DNA of 64,000 nucleotides, from the NCBI GenBank assembly GCA_963702475.1, contig CAVPCT010000003.1, positions 32,001 through 96,000 of the forward strand, read 5' to 3'. The position numbers and the translations under genes are program-made. Below, piece after piece: positions 10,824-20,054 of this stretch. Under the pieces are notes generated by a model, which was not told the origin of the DNA, did no database searches, and was given only the letters and a program-made list of their open reading frames with translations. Source of the stretch: an uncultured Thermoleophilia bacterium. Lineage in GTDB: Bacteria; Actinomycetota; Thermoleophilia; UBA2241. Position 1 is the first letter of the stretch. Every line of letters starts with the position of its first letter.

Positions 10824-11420
10824 GTGCGCAGCACACTCGGCATCGCTGTCCGGATGGTCATCGTCACCGCGGTGCTCCTCGGCCTGATCTACCCGCTCGC
10901 CATGACCGGCGCCGCCCAGGTGCTCTTCCCTTCGAAGGCCGACGGGAGCTTGGTGGAGGTCGACGGCAGGGTCGTCGGCTCCTCGCTCATCGCCCAGGCC
11001 TTCAGCTCGCCGGAGTACTTCCAACCCCGTCCGTCCGCCGCGGGCGAAGGCTACGATGGTATGTACTCCTCGTTCTCCAACCTCGGCCCCACGAGTAAGG
11101 TGTTGCGTGACAGGGTACGAGCGGACGTGGCCTCCCAGATCGAGGCCAATCCCGCTCTGGAGTTCGGGGAGGTGCCGATCGATATGGTGACGGCGTCGGC
11201 GAGCGGTCTCGACCCGGACATCAGCGTGGCCAACGCCCGAGCCCAGGCCGCGCGCGTCGCGGAGGCGCGGGGTCTGCCCCTGCCGCGCGTGCTCGCGCTC
11301 GTCGACGAGCAGACCACCGGGCGGCAGCTCGGCTTCCTTGGCGAGCCGCGCGTGAACGTGCTCGAGCTGAACCTGGCGCTCGACCGGCTCGAGGAATCGT
11401 CCACCGCGACCCGCTTATGA
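10824..11420 (+). CDS. kdpC: K+-transporting ATPase subunit C
   Basis: N-terminal TM, YFQPRPSA, SNLGPTS, TASASGLDPDIS, GEPRVNVLELNLALD. Confidence 0.96.
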   Translation: MRSTLGIAVRMVIVTAVLLGLIYPLAMTGAAQVLFPSKADGSLVEVDGRVVGSSLIAQAFSSPEYFQPRPSAAGEGYDGMYSSFSNLGPTSKVLRDRVRADVASQIEANPALEFGEVPIDMVTASASGLDPDISVANARAQAARVAEARGLPLPRVLALVDEQTTGRQLGFLGEPRVNVLELNLALDRLEESSTATRL

Positions 11421-12568
11421 GTGGCGGCCTCGAGGCTGCCGCGGAGGCGGCGGAGGTCTTCTCGCTCCGCACGCTGCGCAAGCGCGGCCGTCTGAAGGTC
11501 TTCCTGGGCTACGCCCCCGGCGTCGGCAAGACCTACATGATGCTCAATGAGGCGCACCGCCGTTGTTCGCGCGGCGAAGACGTGGTGATCGGTTTCGTCG
11601 AGACACACGGCCGCAGCGAGACGGCTGAGGCGGCCGAGGGCCTCGAGCAGGTGCCGCTCAAAGAGCTCGGGTATCGCGGCAAGACGTTCCTCGAGCTCGA
11701 CACGGCCGCGGTCATCGCGAGGGCGCCCACCGTGGCGCTCGTCGACGAGCTGGCCCACACCAACACGCCCGGAACCAAGCACCTCAAGCGCTGGCAGAGC
11801 GTCGAGGAGATCCTCGCCGCCGGCATCGACGTGCTGACCACCGTGAACGTGCAGCACGTCGAGAGCCTGAACGACACCGTGCGCCAGATCACGGGTGTGC
11901 ACGTCCAGGAGACCGTGCCCGACTTCGTGCTGGACCGCGCCGACGAGATCGTGCTCGTGGACCTCACGACGAGCGCCCTCCTGAACCGGCTCAAACGTGG
12001 CGCGGTCTACGACCTGAACACGGTCCCTGGTGCGCTCGCCAACTTCTTCAAACAGGAGAACCTGGTGGCGCTCCGCGAACTGGCTCTCCGCAAGGCTGCG
12101 GAAGAGGTCGACGAGAGCCTGGAGCGGTTCATCGCCGGGCGGCGCACCGACGAAGTGTGGGCGACGGAAGAACGCGTGGTCGTCTGCGTGCAGCCGAGTG
12201 AGGTTGCAGCGAAGCTGATCCGCCGCGGGCACCGCCTTGCGCACCGCTTTCGGGGCACGTTCTGGGTGGTGTATGTGCACAGGGGTTCTCAGTCGCCGGC
12301 GACGAAACGGGAGATCAAGCGCCTCTTCGATCTCGCGCACGAGCTCGGCGGCCACACAGAGGAACTGACCGGTGAGTCCGCGGCCGACGAGATCCTGGAG
12401 TTCGTGCGCAACAAGCGTGCCACCTTCCTCGTGCTGGGCCAGTCCAAGCGGAGTCGCACGACCGAGGTGCTGAGAGGCTCCTCGCTCGTCCAGCGCTTGA
12501 TGAGGTGTGATCTCCCTGCCGACATCCTCGTCGTCGCCGATCCCAGCAAGGCGGAGCCGGGGAGTTAA
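11417..12568 (+). CDS. kdpD: Stand-alone KdpD N-terminal sensor (KdpD domain + Usp domain)
   Basis: RGRLKVFLGYAPGVGKTYMML, ETHGR, LVDELAHTN, NVQHVESLND, LRELALR, then a Usp-like domain; no TM or kinase part; ATGA overlap with kdpC. Confidence 0.92.
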   Translation: MSGGLEAAAEAAEVFSLRTLRKRGRLKVFLGYAPGVGKTYMMLNEAHRRCSRGEDVVIGFVETHGRSETAEAAEGLEQVPLKELGYRGKTFLELDTAAVIARAPTVALVDELAHTNTPGTKHLKRWQSVEEILAAGIDVLTTVNVQHVESLNDTVRQITGVHVQETVPDFVLDRADEIVLVDLTTSALLNRLKRGAVYDLNTVPGALANFFKQENLVALRELALRKAAEEVDESLERFIAGRRTDEVWATEERVVVCVQPSEVAAKLIRRGHRLAHRFRGTFWVVYVHRGSQSPATKREIKRLFDLAHELGGHTEELTGESAADEILEFVRNKRATFLVLGQSKRSRTTEVLRGSSLVQRLMRCDLPADILVVADPSKAEPGS

Positions 12569-12629
12569 CGGGTTCTTCACGCCCGCGGTCGCCCGATTAA
12601 CACCCAGCACACGCGGCGCGGACTACCCT
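12565..12629 (+). promoter_or_regulatory. Second putative KdpE-type promoter upstream of the P2-type ATPase
   Basis: TTAAC(12565), TTCAC(12576), TTAAC(12597), degenerate CACAC(12608), TACCCT -10 at 12624; same offsets as the kdpF promoter. Confidence 0.55.
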
Positions 12630-12688
12630 CCTTCGTGTGTGAGCCGTTTCCGCCTGCGCTCTCAGGCGGCGTCAGATGGAGGCGATGC

Positions 12689-15600
12689 GTGGCTCTCCTC
12701 GACCACGGCTCGTCCCGACACGGGACCAGCCGACCCGCAGTCCTTGAGCTCCCGCCCGAGGTGGACGATCCAGTCGCGGTCACGCTCGTCCGCTCCATGG
12801 GCGGCGACGGCAGCGGGCCGGCCGGCGCGGGGCCTGACCGCCCGGCCGGCCCCGCGCCGGCGGTCGAGCTCTGGCAGCTCCCCGACGACGAGGTGTTCGA
12901 GCATCTCGGCTCCTCCCGGGCGGGTCTGACCGAAGACGAGGCCTTCAGACGCCTGCAGCAGAACGGCCGCAACGTGCTGCCGGCCCACGTCAGCCGGCCG
13001 ATCATCTACAAGTTCATCGACCAGTTCACGTCGCTGTTCGCGATCATGCTCGAGGTGGCGGCGGCCCTCGTCTTCGTCGCCGCCCTGCTCTCCACGGGCC
13101 AGAGTCGTCAGGACAACATCAACGTCACCATCGCCATCCTCGGCGTCGTCCTCCTGAACGGCGTCATCGGCTTCTTTCAGGAGTACCGCGCCGAGAAGGC
13201 CACGGAGGCGTTGCAGAAGCTGGTACCGGCCAACGCCAAGGCGGTGCGCGACGGCGAGGTGACTCTGGTCGCCGCGGCCGAGCTGGTCCCCGGCGACGTC
13301 ATCGTCCTCGAAGAGGGCGACAGCATCAGCGCAGACGCGCGCGTGGTGCGCCAGTACGAGCTCGCCACAAACAACATCGCGCTCACGGGCGAGTCGGACC
13401 CGGTGCGCAAGACAGCGGATGCGATCCTCGAGGAGGAGCTCGCCGTCATCAACATGCCGAACCTGGTGTTCATGGGCACCAGTGTCGCTTCCGGCACGGG
13501 CCGTGCCGTGGTGTCCAGCACCGGCCTGGAGACAGAGTTCGGGCGTATTTTCGCGCTCACCGCCGGAGTCGAGGATGAGCGGTCGCCGCTGCTCAGGGAG
13601 ATCGACCGTATGGCGCGGACCGTCTCCTTCATCGCCGTCGGCTGTGGCGTCCTGCTGTTCGTGCTGGCGCTTCTCGTCTTCAGCTTCGGCGTGGTCCCGG
13701 CCCTGCTGTTCGCGCTCGGGGTGATGGTGGCACTCGTGCCGGAGGGCCTGCCGGCGACCATGTCGGTCGCCCTCTCCATCGGCGTGCAGCGCATGGCCAA
13801 GGTGAAAGCGCTCATCAAGAAGCTGGCCAGCGTCGAGACGCTCGGCTGCACGAACGTCATCTGCACCGACAAGACCGGTACCCTCACGAAGGCCGAGATG
13901 ACGGTCAAAGGGCTGTACATCGACGGCCGGGCGGTCGAGGTGACCGGCGCCGGGTACCAACCCGTCGGCGGGTTCGTGCTCGACGGTATGGAGCTTCGCC
14001 GCGAGGATGCGAAGCGGCGGCTCGAGCCCATGATGCGCGCCATGACGTTCTGCAACGACGCCAAGGTGCTGGCGCCGTTGGAGGACCAGGGCTGGCGCGT
14101 GATCGGCGACCCTACGGAGGGCAGCCTCCTGGTCGCGGCGCAGAAGGCCGACTTCGACCTGCAGACCGAGCTCATCGAGCGTCCCAAGGTCTACGAGCTG
14201 CCGTTCGAGTCGCTGCGCAAGCGCATGTCCGTCGTCCACGTGGAGGGCGACGGCCAGAAGGCCTACGTGAAGGGCGCGCCGTCCGAGACCATCTCGCGCT
14301 GCACCCACATGCGCCTCGACGGCGACGTGGTGGCCATGACCCCGGTGCTGCGCGAGCGCATCTTCGCCCAGAACGACGAGATGTCGCGCCAGGCTCTCCG
14401 CGTGCTGGCCGTGTGCGAGCGCGACCTGCCCAGCGAACTGGTCGAGTACACGACGGACACCGTCGAGACCGACCTCACCTTCCTCGGTCTCGTCGGCATG
14501 ATCGACCCGCCGCGGCCGGAGGTGACCGAGGCGGTCGAGCACGCCCTGACGGCCGGCATCCGCATCATCATGGTCACGGGAGACTACGGCCTGACGGCCG
14601 AGGCCATCGCCCGCCGCATCGGCATCGTGCGCGGCGAGCGCCACGTGCGCGTCATCACCGGCGTGGACCTGGAGGGGATGACCTCCGACGACCTCAAGGC
14701 GGAGCTCGAGAAGCCGCAGGATCTGATCTTCGCGAGGGTGGCTCCGGAGCACAAGATGCAGGTGGTCAGTGCGCTGAAGGAGCAGGGTCAGATCGTGGCC
14801 GTCACAGGCGACGGCGTGAACGACGCGCCGGCCCTCAAGAAGGCCGACATCGGCGTGGCCATGGGCCTCACCGGCACCGACGTGGCGCGTGAGGCGGCCA
14901 CGATGATCCTGCTGGACGACAGCTTCGCCAGCATCATCAAGGCCGTGGAGCAAGGCCGCGGCGTGTACGCGAACGTCAAGAAGATGGTGACCTACGTCTT
15001 CTCGCACAACATGGCCGAGCTCTTCCCGTTCGTGTTCGCCGCCCTTGGCGGTGTCGGGCTCGTGCCGCTCGGCGCGCTGCAGGTGCTCGCCATCGACCTG
15101 GGCTCGGACGTGCTGCCGGGGCTCGCGCTCGGCACCGAGCACCCCGAGCCCGGCGTCATGGATCAGCCGCCGCGCTCGCGCGGCGAGCGCCTCATGAGCC
15201 GCTCCACGCTTGGCCGCGTGGTCTTCATCGGCGCCATCCAGTCGGCGTTCGCAGTTGCCGGGTTCCTCTACGTCCTGCTGTCGAACGGCTGGACCTGGGG
15301 CGATGCCAGCTGGATGGACCCGTCCAGCCCCTACTATGCCTTCTACCGCGAGGCCATCACCATGACCCAGGCAGCCATCGTGGCCGGCCAGTTCGCCAAC
15401 GGGTTCGGCTGCCGCACCGAGCGCGAGTCCCTGTTCAAGGTCGGCCTCTTCACCAACAAGTTCCTGCTACTCAGCGAGATCGCCGGCGTCGGCATCATGT
15501 GCGCCATCTCGTACGTGCCGTTCCTGCAGGGTATCTTCAAGACCGGCCCGCTCACCCTGGCGGACTGGGGGTTCCTCGCCGTCGCGGCGGTCGTCTTGTT

Positions 15601-15697
15601 CTTCGCCGAGGAGGCGAGAAAATGGTTCCTGCGGCGCAGAGACTCAAGAAGGGCGCTGCCGGCCGCCAACGTCACCGGGAGGGAGTCAGCGGCATGA
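12689..15697 (+). CDS. Cation-transporting P-type ATPase, Na+/K+-ATPase-like (P2C-type prokaryotic homolog)
   Basis: TGES, VPEGL, DKTGTLT, KGAP, DPPR, TGDGVND; M5 SHNMAELFPF, M6 IDLGSDVLP, M8 GQFANGFGCRT. GTG 12689 follows GGAGG (track start 12635). Confidence 0.88.
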   Translation: MALLDHGSSRHGTSRPAVLELPPEVDDPVAVTLVRSMGGDGSGPAGAGPDRPAGPAPAVELWQLPDDEVFEHLGSSRAGLTEDEAFRRLQQNGRNVLPAHVSRPIIYKFIDQFTSLFAIMLEVAAALVFVAALLSTGQSRQDNINVTIAILGVVLLNGVIGFFQEYRAEKATEALQKLVPANAKAVRDGEVTLVAAAELVPGDVIVLEEGDSISADARVVRQYELATNNIALTGESDPVRKTADAILEEELAVINMPNLVFMGTSVASGTGRAVVSSTGLETEFGRIFALTAGVEDERSPLLREIDRMARTVSFIAVGCGVLLFVLALLVFSFGVVPALLFALGVMVALVPEGLPATMSVALSIGVQRMAKVKALIKKLASVETLGCTNVICTDKTGTLTKAEMTVKGLYIDGRAVEVTGAGYQPVGGFVLDGMELRREDAKRRLEPMMRAMTFCNDAKVLAPLEDQGWRVIGDPTEGSLLVAAQKADFDLQTELIERPKVYELPFESLRKRMSVVHVEGDGQKAYVKGAPSETISRCTHMRLDGDVVAMTPVLRERIFAQNDEMSRQALRVLAVCERDLPSELVEYTTDTVETDLTFLGLVGMIDPPRPEVTEAVEHALTAGIRIIMVTGDYGLTAEAIARRIGIVRGERHVRVITGVDLEGMTSDDLKAELEKPQDLIFARVAPEHKMQVVSALKEQGQIVAVTGDGVNDAPALKKADIGVAMGLTGTDVAREAATMILLDDSFASIIKAVEQGRGVYANVKKMVTYVFSHNMAELFPFVFAALGGVGLVPLGALQVLAIDLGSDVLPGLALGTEHPEPGVMDQPPRSRGERLMSRSTLGRVVFIGAIQSAFAVAGFLYVLLSNGWTWGDASWMDPSSPYYAFYREAITMTQAAIVAGQFANGFGCRTERESLFKVGLFTNKFLLLSEIAGVGIMCAISYVPFLQGIFKTGPLTLADWGFLAVAAVVLFFAEEARKWFLRRRDSRRALPAANVTGRESAA

Positions 15698-16347
15698 AGG
15701 TGATCATCGTCGGGTGCGGAAGGGTGGGCGCCCACACCGCCGCCGAGCTCGCCCGGGAAGGGCACGACGTGGTCGTGATCGATAAGGACCCCACGTCCTT
15801 CCGCCTGCTCCCCAACGGCTTCAAAGGACGCACGATCGAGGGGTACGCCTTCGAGCGCTCCGTCCTCGAGGCTGCCGGCATCGCCGAGGCCGACGCCCTG
15901 GTGGCCGCCACGTCCGGCGACAACACCAACGCGGTGACGGCGCGCGTGGCCAAGGAGGTCTACCGCGTGCCGGACGTCATCAGCCGCATCTACGACCCGC
16001 AGCGCGCCGAGATCTACCGCCGCTACGGCGTCCAGACCTTCGCGCCCACGGCCTGGAGCTCGGGCAAGATCATCGAGCTCATCACCAGTGCCGACCTGGA
16101 GCGGGAGCAGTCGTTCGGCAACGGCGAGATCCAGATGCTGGCGGCGTGGGTGCCCGAGCACCTGGTTGGCAAACCGGTCAACGATCTGCGCATTCCCGGG
16201 GAGATCCGCGTGGCCCTCATCGTGCGCATGGGACGCGGCCTCCTCCCGGTCTCCGGCACCACGTTCGAGAAGGACGACCAGGTGCACGTGCTGGTGCACG
16301 CGGCGGCCGTCGACAGGTTCCAGAGGATGATGGGGTGGAAGCGATGA
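15694..16347 (+). CDS. trkA: TrkA/CeoB-like RCK_N + RCK_C potassium regulatory protein
   Basis: MKVIIVGCGRVG Rossmann motif, AATSGDNTN, ISRIYDPQRAEIYRRYG; ATGA overlap with the ATPase. Confidence 0.88.
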   Translation: MKVIIVGCGRVGAHTAAELAREGHDVVVIDKDPTSFRLLPNGFKGRTIEGYAFERSVLEAAGIAEADALVAATSGDNTNAVTARVAKEVYRVPDVISRIYDPQRAEIYRRYGVQTFAPTAWSSGKIIELITSADLEREQSFGNGEIQMLAAWVPEHLVGKPVNDLRIPGEIRVALIVRMGRGLLPVSGTTFEKDDQVHVLVHAAAVDRFQRMMGWKR

Positions 16348-17006
16348 AAGTCGTCGTCGCCGGCGCCGGGACGCTCGGCCGGCGCGTCACGCGCTACGTG
16401 AGCAGAGAGCACACCGTGACGCTCATCGAGCAGGACCCGCAGCGTTACCGGGCCATGACCGAGGAGTTCGACGGCTGGGCCGAGGTCACCGTGTTGCAGG
16501 GTGACGCGGACGAGCCCAGTGTGCTGCTGGAGGCAGGCGTCGACCGCGCCGACGTCTTCGTCGCGGCCACCGGCGACGACGAGGACAACCTCGTCGCCTG
16601 CCTGCTGGCCAAGAACGAGTACAGGGTGAAGAAGGTCATCGCCGCCGTGCGCAACCCGCGCAACCGCTGGCTGTACAACCGCAGTTGGGGCGTGGACGTG
16701 GCCCTGGATTCGGCGCAGATCGTGGCCCGGCTCATCGAGGAGGAGGCCACGCTCACCGACCTGGTCACGCTGCTGGACCTGCGGGAGGGCGAGGTCACGA
16801 TCACGTCCATCACGGCGACTCCGGACGGGGTGCTGGTCGGCAAGACGTTCGAGGAGCTCCACGTGCCGCCGAGCTGCCATCCCGTTGCCGTGATCAGGGA
16901 CAACGACATCGTCATGCCGGGACCGGATGTGCGCATCAGGGCCGGCGACATGCTGCTCGTCATCGCCGGTCCCGGCGGGGAGTGCCACATCGCCGAGCTC
17001 AGGTAG
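16344..17006 (+). CDS. trkA: TrkA/CeoC-like RCK potassium regulatory protein
   Basis: MKVVVAGAGTLG, AATGDDEDNLV, VRNPRNRWLYNRSWGVD, C-terminal RCK_C; ATGA overlap. Confidence 0.88.
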   Translation: MKVVVAGAGTLGRRVTRYVSREHTVTLIEQDPQRYRAMTEEFDGWAEVTVLQGDADEPSVLLEAGVDRADVFVAATGDDEDNLVACLLAKNEYRVKKVIAAVRNPRNRWLYNRSWGVDVALDSAQIVARLIEEEATLTDLVTLLDLREGEVTITSITATPDGVLVGKTFEELHVPPSCHPVAVIRDNDIVMPGPDVRIRAGDMLLVIAGPGGECHIAELR

Positions 17007-17065
17007 GCACGCGAGGCCTCGCGGGGAGTGCGGCGCATCCGGTCCTCGCCCGACGTGTGTCCTGC

Positions 17066-17111
17066 GAAGTGAAGGGCGGCGGGTCCCGACGGACCCGCCG
17101 CCCTTCACTTC
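17066..17111. terminator. Perfect 21-bp hairpin between convergent genes (bidirectional terminator)
   Basis: GAAGTGAAGGGCGGCGGGTCC-CGAC-GGACCCGCCGCCCTTCACTTC. Confidence 0.75.
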
Positions 17112-17128
17112 TCCCGCTGCGGCCGGGC

Positions 17129-17377
17129 TCAGTAGTAGATGACCTCGTAGCTCGCGCCATTCGGGCCGCCCGCGCCGTCACCCGACCCGTGCGGGTCCAT
17201 CCACGGGTGGGCCTGCAGGTACGGACAGGTGGAGCTGGACCCCTGTGAGGGGGCGGGGCTCGACTGGCCGTCCGGCTCGGGCAAGCTGCCGGCTGCGGCG
17301 AGCGCCATCGGCACGAGCCACACAGCGATGATGAGGAGCAGGACGGCGAGGACGCCGAGCAGATACCTGGTGCGCAT
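17129..17377 (-). CDS. 82-aa exported/membrane-anchored hypothetical protein
   Basis: AAAGGGG RBS; signal-like MRTRYLLGVLAVLLLIIAVWLVPMALA, Ser/Pro linker, TCPY motif. Confidence 0.55.
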   Translation of the reverse strand: MRTRYLLGVLAVLLLIIAVWLVPMALAAAGSLPEPDGQSSPAPSQGSSSTCPYLQAHPWMDPHGSGDGAGGPNGASYEVIYY

Positions 17378-17509
17378 GACAGGTCCCCTTTCGTAAAGAG
17401 GAGTGATTCGCCCCGGTTCTACCCACGCATCCAGTGGCTCACGCACGGTTGCGCCGCTGGGCTCACGCGCGTCATCGTGCGCGGGCCTGACCGCGGACCG
17501 CACTTCGGG

Positions 17510-18370
17510 CTACCCGGCCAGCCAGTCCTCGAGCGCCGGCACCCGCGCCATCGTCTCGTCGTAGCCTTGCCGGTAGAGCGCCTCGAGTCGGGTGAGGTCG
17601 CGCTCCATGCGGCCAACGACGAGCGGGCGGACGGGCCGGAGGACGAAGGCCGAACCGGCCCGTTTCAGCGACTCGACGAGGTCGAGCGACGCGTTGTACC
17701 GGATGTGCCGCCGCCGCATGGCGGCATAGATGGCCGGGTAGCGGGCCAACAGGACCCGGCCCACTATCCGGAAGCCCTGCGGCGACTTGCGATACCCCGC
17801 GTTCTGCGTGAGCACGACGACGTTGCGTGAGTTGCCGTCGCGGATCGCCCTCAAGATAGGGATCGAGTCGCTCACACCGCCGTCAAGGCAGGGTCGCCCC
17901 TCCACCTCGACCGGGGGCGACAGCACGGGGAGGCTGCAAGTGGCGCGGAGCACCGTGCGCATGAACCAGCGCGGGTCGCGGCCGTGCTGCTCGTGGTAGC
18001 TTGCCTCCCCCGTCCCGCAGTCGGTCACGCCGGCGACCAACGTCCGTGGCGTCGTGCGGAAGGCCTCGTAGTCGAACGGCGCGAGCTCGTCCGGCAGCGT
18101 CCGGAACAGGAAGCGCATGCCGAACCAGCTGCGCTCGCGCAGCACGTTTCCCCAGCCCGCGTACCGGGGGTCGGCGACCTGGTCGACGAACACACGGTGG
18201 TTGCGCTCACGCTGGCCGGCGACGTAGTTGGACCCGGCGTTCGCCCCGGCCGAGACGCCGATCACGTAGCTGAGGTCGATGCCAGCGTCCATGAAGGCGT
18301 CCAGCACGCCGCCTGTATAGGTGGTGCGCATGCCGCCGCCCTCGAGGACCAGTCCGACGCTCGCCGTCAT
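17510..18370 (-). CDS. Patatin-like phospholipase (YjjU/DUF6363 type)
   Basis: LVLEGGGMR, GVSAG nucleophile motif, DGGVSDSIP. Confidence 0.9.
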   Translation of the reverse strand: MTASVGLVLEGGGMRTTYTGGVLDAFMDAGIDLSYVIGVSAGANAGSNYVAGQRERNHRVFVDQVADPRYAGWGNVLRERSWFGMRFLFRTLPDELAPFDYEAFRTTPRTLVAGVTDCGTGEASYHEQHGRDPRWFMRTVLRATCSLPVLSPPVEVEGRPCLDGGVSDSIPILRAIRDGNSRNVVVLTQNAGYRKSPQGFRIVGRVLLARYPAIYAAMRRRHIRYNASLDLVESLKRAGSAFVLRPVRPLVVGRMERDLTRLEALYRQGYDETMARVPALEDWLAG

Positions 18371-18528
18371 GCCTCGACAGTACCAGATGACAGACCGCCG
18401 GCGGGCCCCGGGACCGGCACGCCTACCCACTCTCGCGCCGGCCGAGCAACGGCGCCTCGGCGGCGGGCGCGGACTACCATGACCGTGTCGGCCGGCGCGC
18501 GGCGTCGGGGGCGATGCGAGGAGGGGAC

Positions 18529-18651
18529 ATGGAGGACCTGTGGCTTGCACTCTACTGGACGGGGCCGATCGGCGTCGGCGCGTTCCTCGCCGGGCTCGGC
18601 GTCCTGTTCTGGGGCATCGGTCAGGTGCAGAGCAAGGGCAAGAAGCAGTAG
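18529..18651 (+). CDS. 40-aa single-TM small protein (below the ORF-track cutoff)
   Basis: GAGGAGGGG RBS, ATG, MEDLWLALYWTGPIGVGAFLAGLGVLFWGIGQVQSKGKKQ-TAG, GC3-rich codons. Confidence 0.55.
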   Translation: MEDLWLALYWTGPIGVGAFLAGLGVLFWGIGQVQSKGKKQ

Positions 18652-18704
18652 CTGCCCCCTGCTGATCCCGGCCGGCGGCCGCAGGCGTGGCCGGCCGGGC
18701 GACC

Positions 18705-19631
18705 TCATCCTGCCGCCAGCTGCCAGACCAGCACGGCGGCGATGACGAGAGGCGTGGAGACTGCGACAAGCAGGCGCGCCAGCTCGCGGTCGAGGTCGAA
18801 GACGGCCGAGACGACGAGCGTGTTGAACGCCACCGGCATGGCCGCGAGCAGCAGGAACACGCCGGGAATGGGCACGCCTGTGATCCAGCCGAGGGCCAGC
18901 AGCACCGCGGGCAGCAGCCCGCAACGCAGGACTATGGTCACCGCGGCTCGCCACAGCTCGCCGCGATCGTGGGCAAGCGGCTCCAGCGAGACGGCGAGGC
19001 CGATCTGCAGGAATCCGACGAGGCCGAACAGCAGTCCGACGAACGGCCCGATGGGCGACACGTACGGGGTCAGGTCCACACCCGCGATGCGCAGCGCCAC
19101 CGCGGCCGCGCCGGCGACCACCGGCGGGTTCAACAGCCAGCTGCGCACCAGCTTGCGCAATCCAGGCGCGCGCATGCCTTTGGAGTTCGGGCCGGCGTAG
19201 TGCCGGCCGAGCCCGAGCATCACGCCGTCCGTCGGGATCAGGTACTGGAACTCCGCGTAGATGACGGCCAGCGCCAGGCCCTGACCGCCGAAGGCGAGCG
19301 TGGTGAGCGGGAACCCGAGCGTGCCGCAGTTGCCCATGGCCGTGGCGAACGCCATGACGCCGGCCTCGCGCGAGCCGCGGCCGAACAGCCGGCCCCACAG
19401 CATGCCGATGCCCAGGCTGATCCACGTGGCGGCGACCAGGCAGCCGAAGGCCGCCACCAGCTCGAGCTCGACCGTGACCGTGGTGTACGCGTAGACGACC
19501 ACCAACGGCGACATCACCCACAGCGCGAGCATGAAGATGACGTGCGACGCGCCGTGCGGGTCCTTCAGCCGGCGTTGCATGGTGACCCCGACCGAGAAGC
19601 TGAGCACCCAGCCGAGGACGGAGATCAGCAC
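18705..19631 (-). CDS. AEC (auxin efflux carrier) family transporter
   Basis: About 10 TM; GNCGTLGFPL, NPPVVAG, AAMPVAFN motifs. Confidence 0.82.
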   Translation of the reverse strand: MLISVLGWVLSFSVGVTMQRRLKDPHGASHVIFMLALWVMSPLVVVYAYTTVTVELELVAAFGCLVAATWISLGIGMLWGRLFGRGSREAGVMAFATAMGNCGTLGFPLTTLAFGGQGLALAVIYAEFQYLIPTDGVMLGLGRHYAGPNSKGMRAPGLRKLVRSWLLNPPVVAGAAAVALRIAGVDLTPYVSPIGPFVGLLFGLVGFLQIGLAVSLEPLAHDRGELWRAAVTIVLRCGLLPAVLLALGWITGVPIPGVFLLLAAMPVAFNTLVVSAVFDLDRELARLLVAVSTPLVIAAVLVWQLAAG

Positions 19632-19859
19632 GGGGCGCCTTCGGGACGGGCGCGCGCCGGCGCTGCGAGTGTGTCGTGGTGCCGCATCGGGTCTCTAGTG
19701 TGTCACACGGCCGTCACACGGGGGCCAGCCTACGGAAGGCCCACGGACGCACAGGTGGTTCTCAGGGATACCTCAGGCTCCCCCAAGGCGGGACGAGCAT
19801 GTTGTGCGGTGACACGGCGGTGACGGGCGTCCCGCCGCGACGAGACGAGGTGACCGGAG

Positions 19860-20048
19860 ATGAAGAAGCACGTGTTCGCGCAGGTGAGGCCGCTCGACGT
19901 CGCCGAGGTGTGGTCCGCCGTCCATGCGGACGGGTGGGACGACGGCGAGGAACCGTCCCCGTTCGGCGTGCGCTGGATGTGCAAGCTGGACGACTGGTAC
20001 CTGACCCCGCCGGTGGGCTTCATCCCGCTCACGCGGGTCGTGCACTGA
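19860..20048 (+). CDS. 62-aa hypothetical protein
   Basis: GAGGTG/GGAG RBS, GC3-rich codons, followed directly by a strong hairpin. Confidence 0.5.
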   Translation: MKKHVFAQVRPLDVAEVWSAVHADGWDDGEEPSPFGVRWMCKLDDWYLTPPVGFIPLTRVVH

Positions 20049-20054
20049 GAATGC

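Noticed and set aside
3919-15142. Long antisense ORFs opposite kdpD/A/B and the ATPase (569, 438, 750, 519 and 826 aa), and similar ones elsewhere
   Set aside because: Shadow ORFs expected from high GC3 codon bias; no recognisable motifs or RBS.
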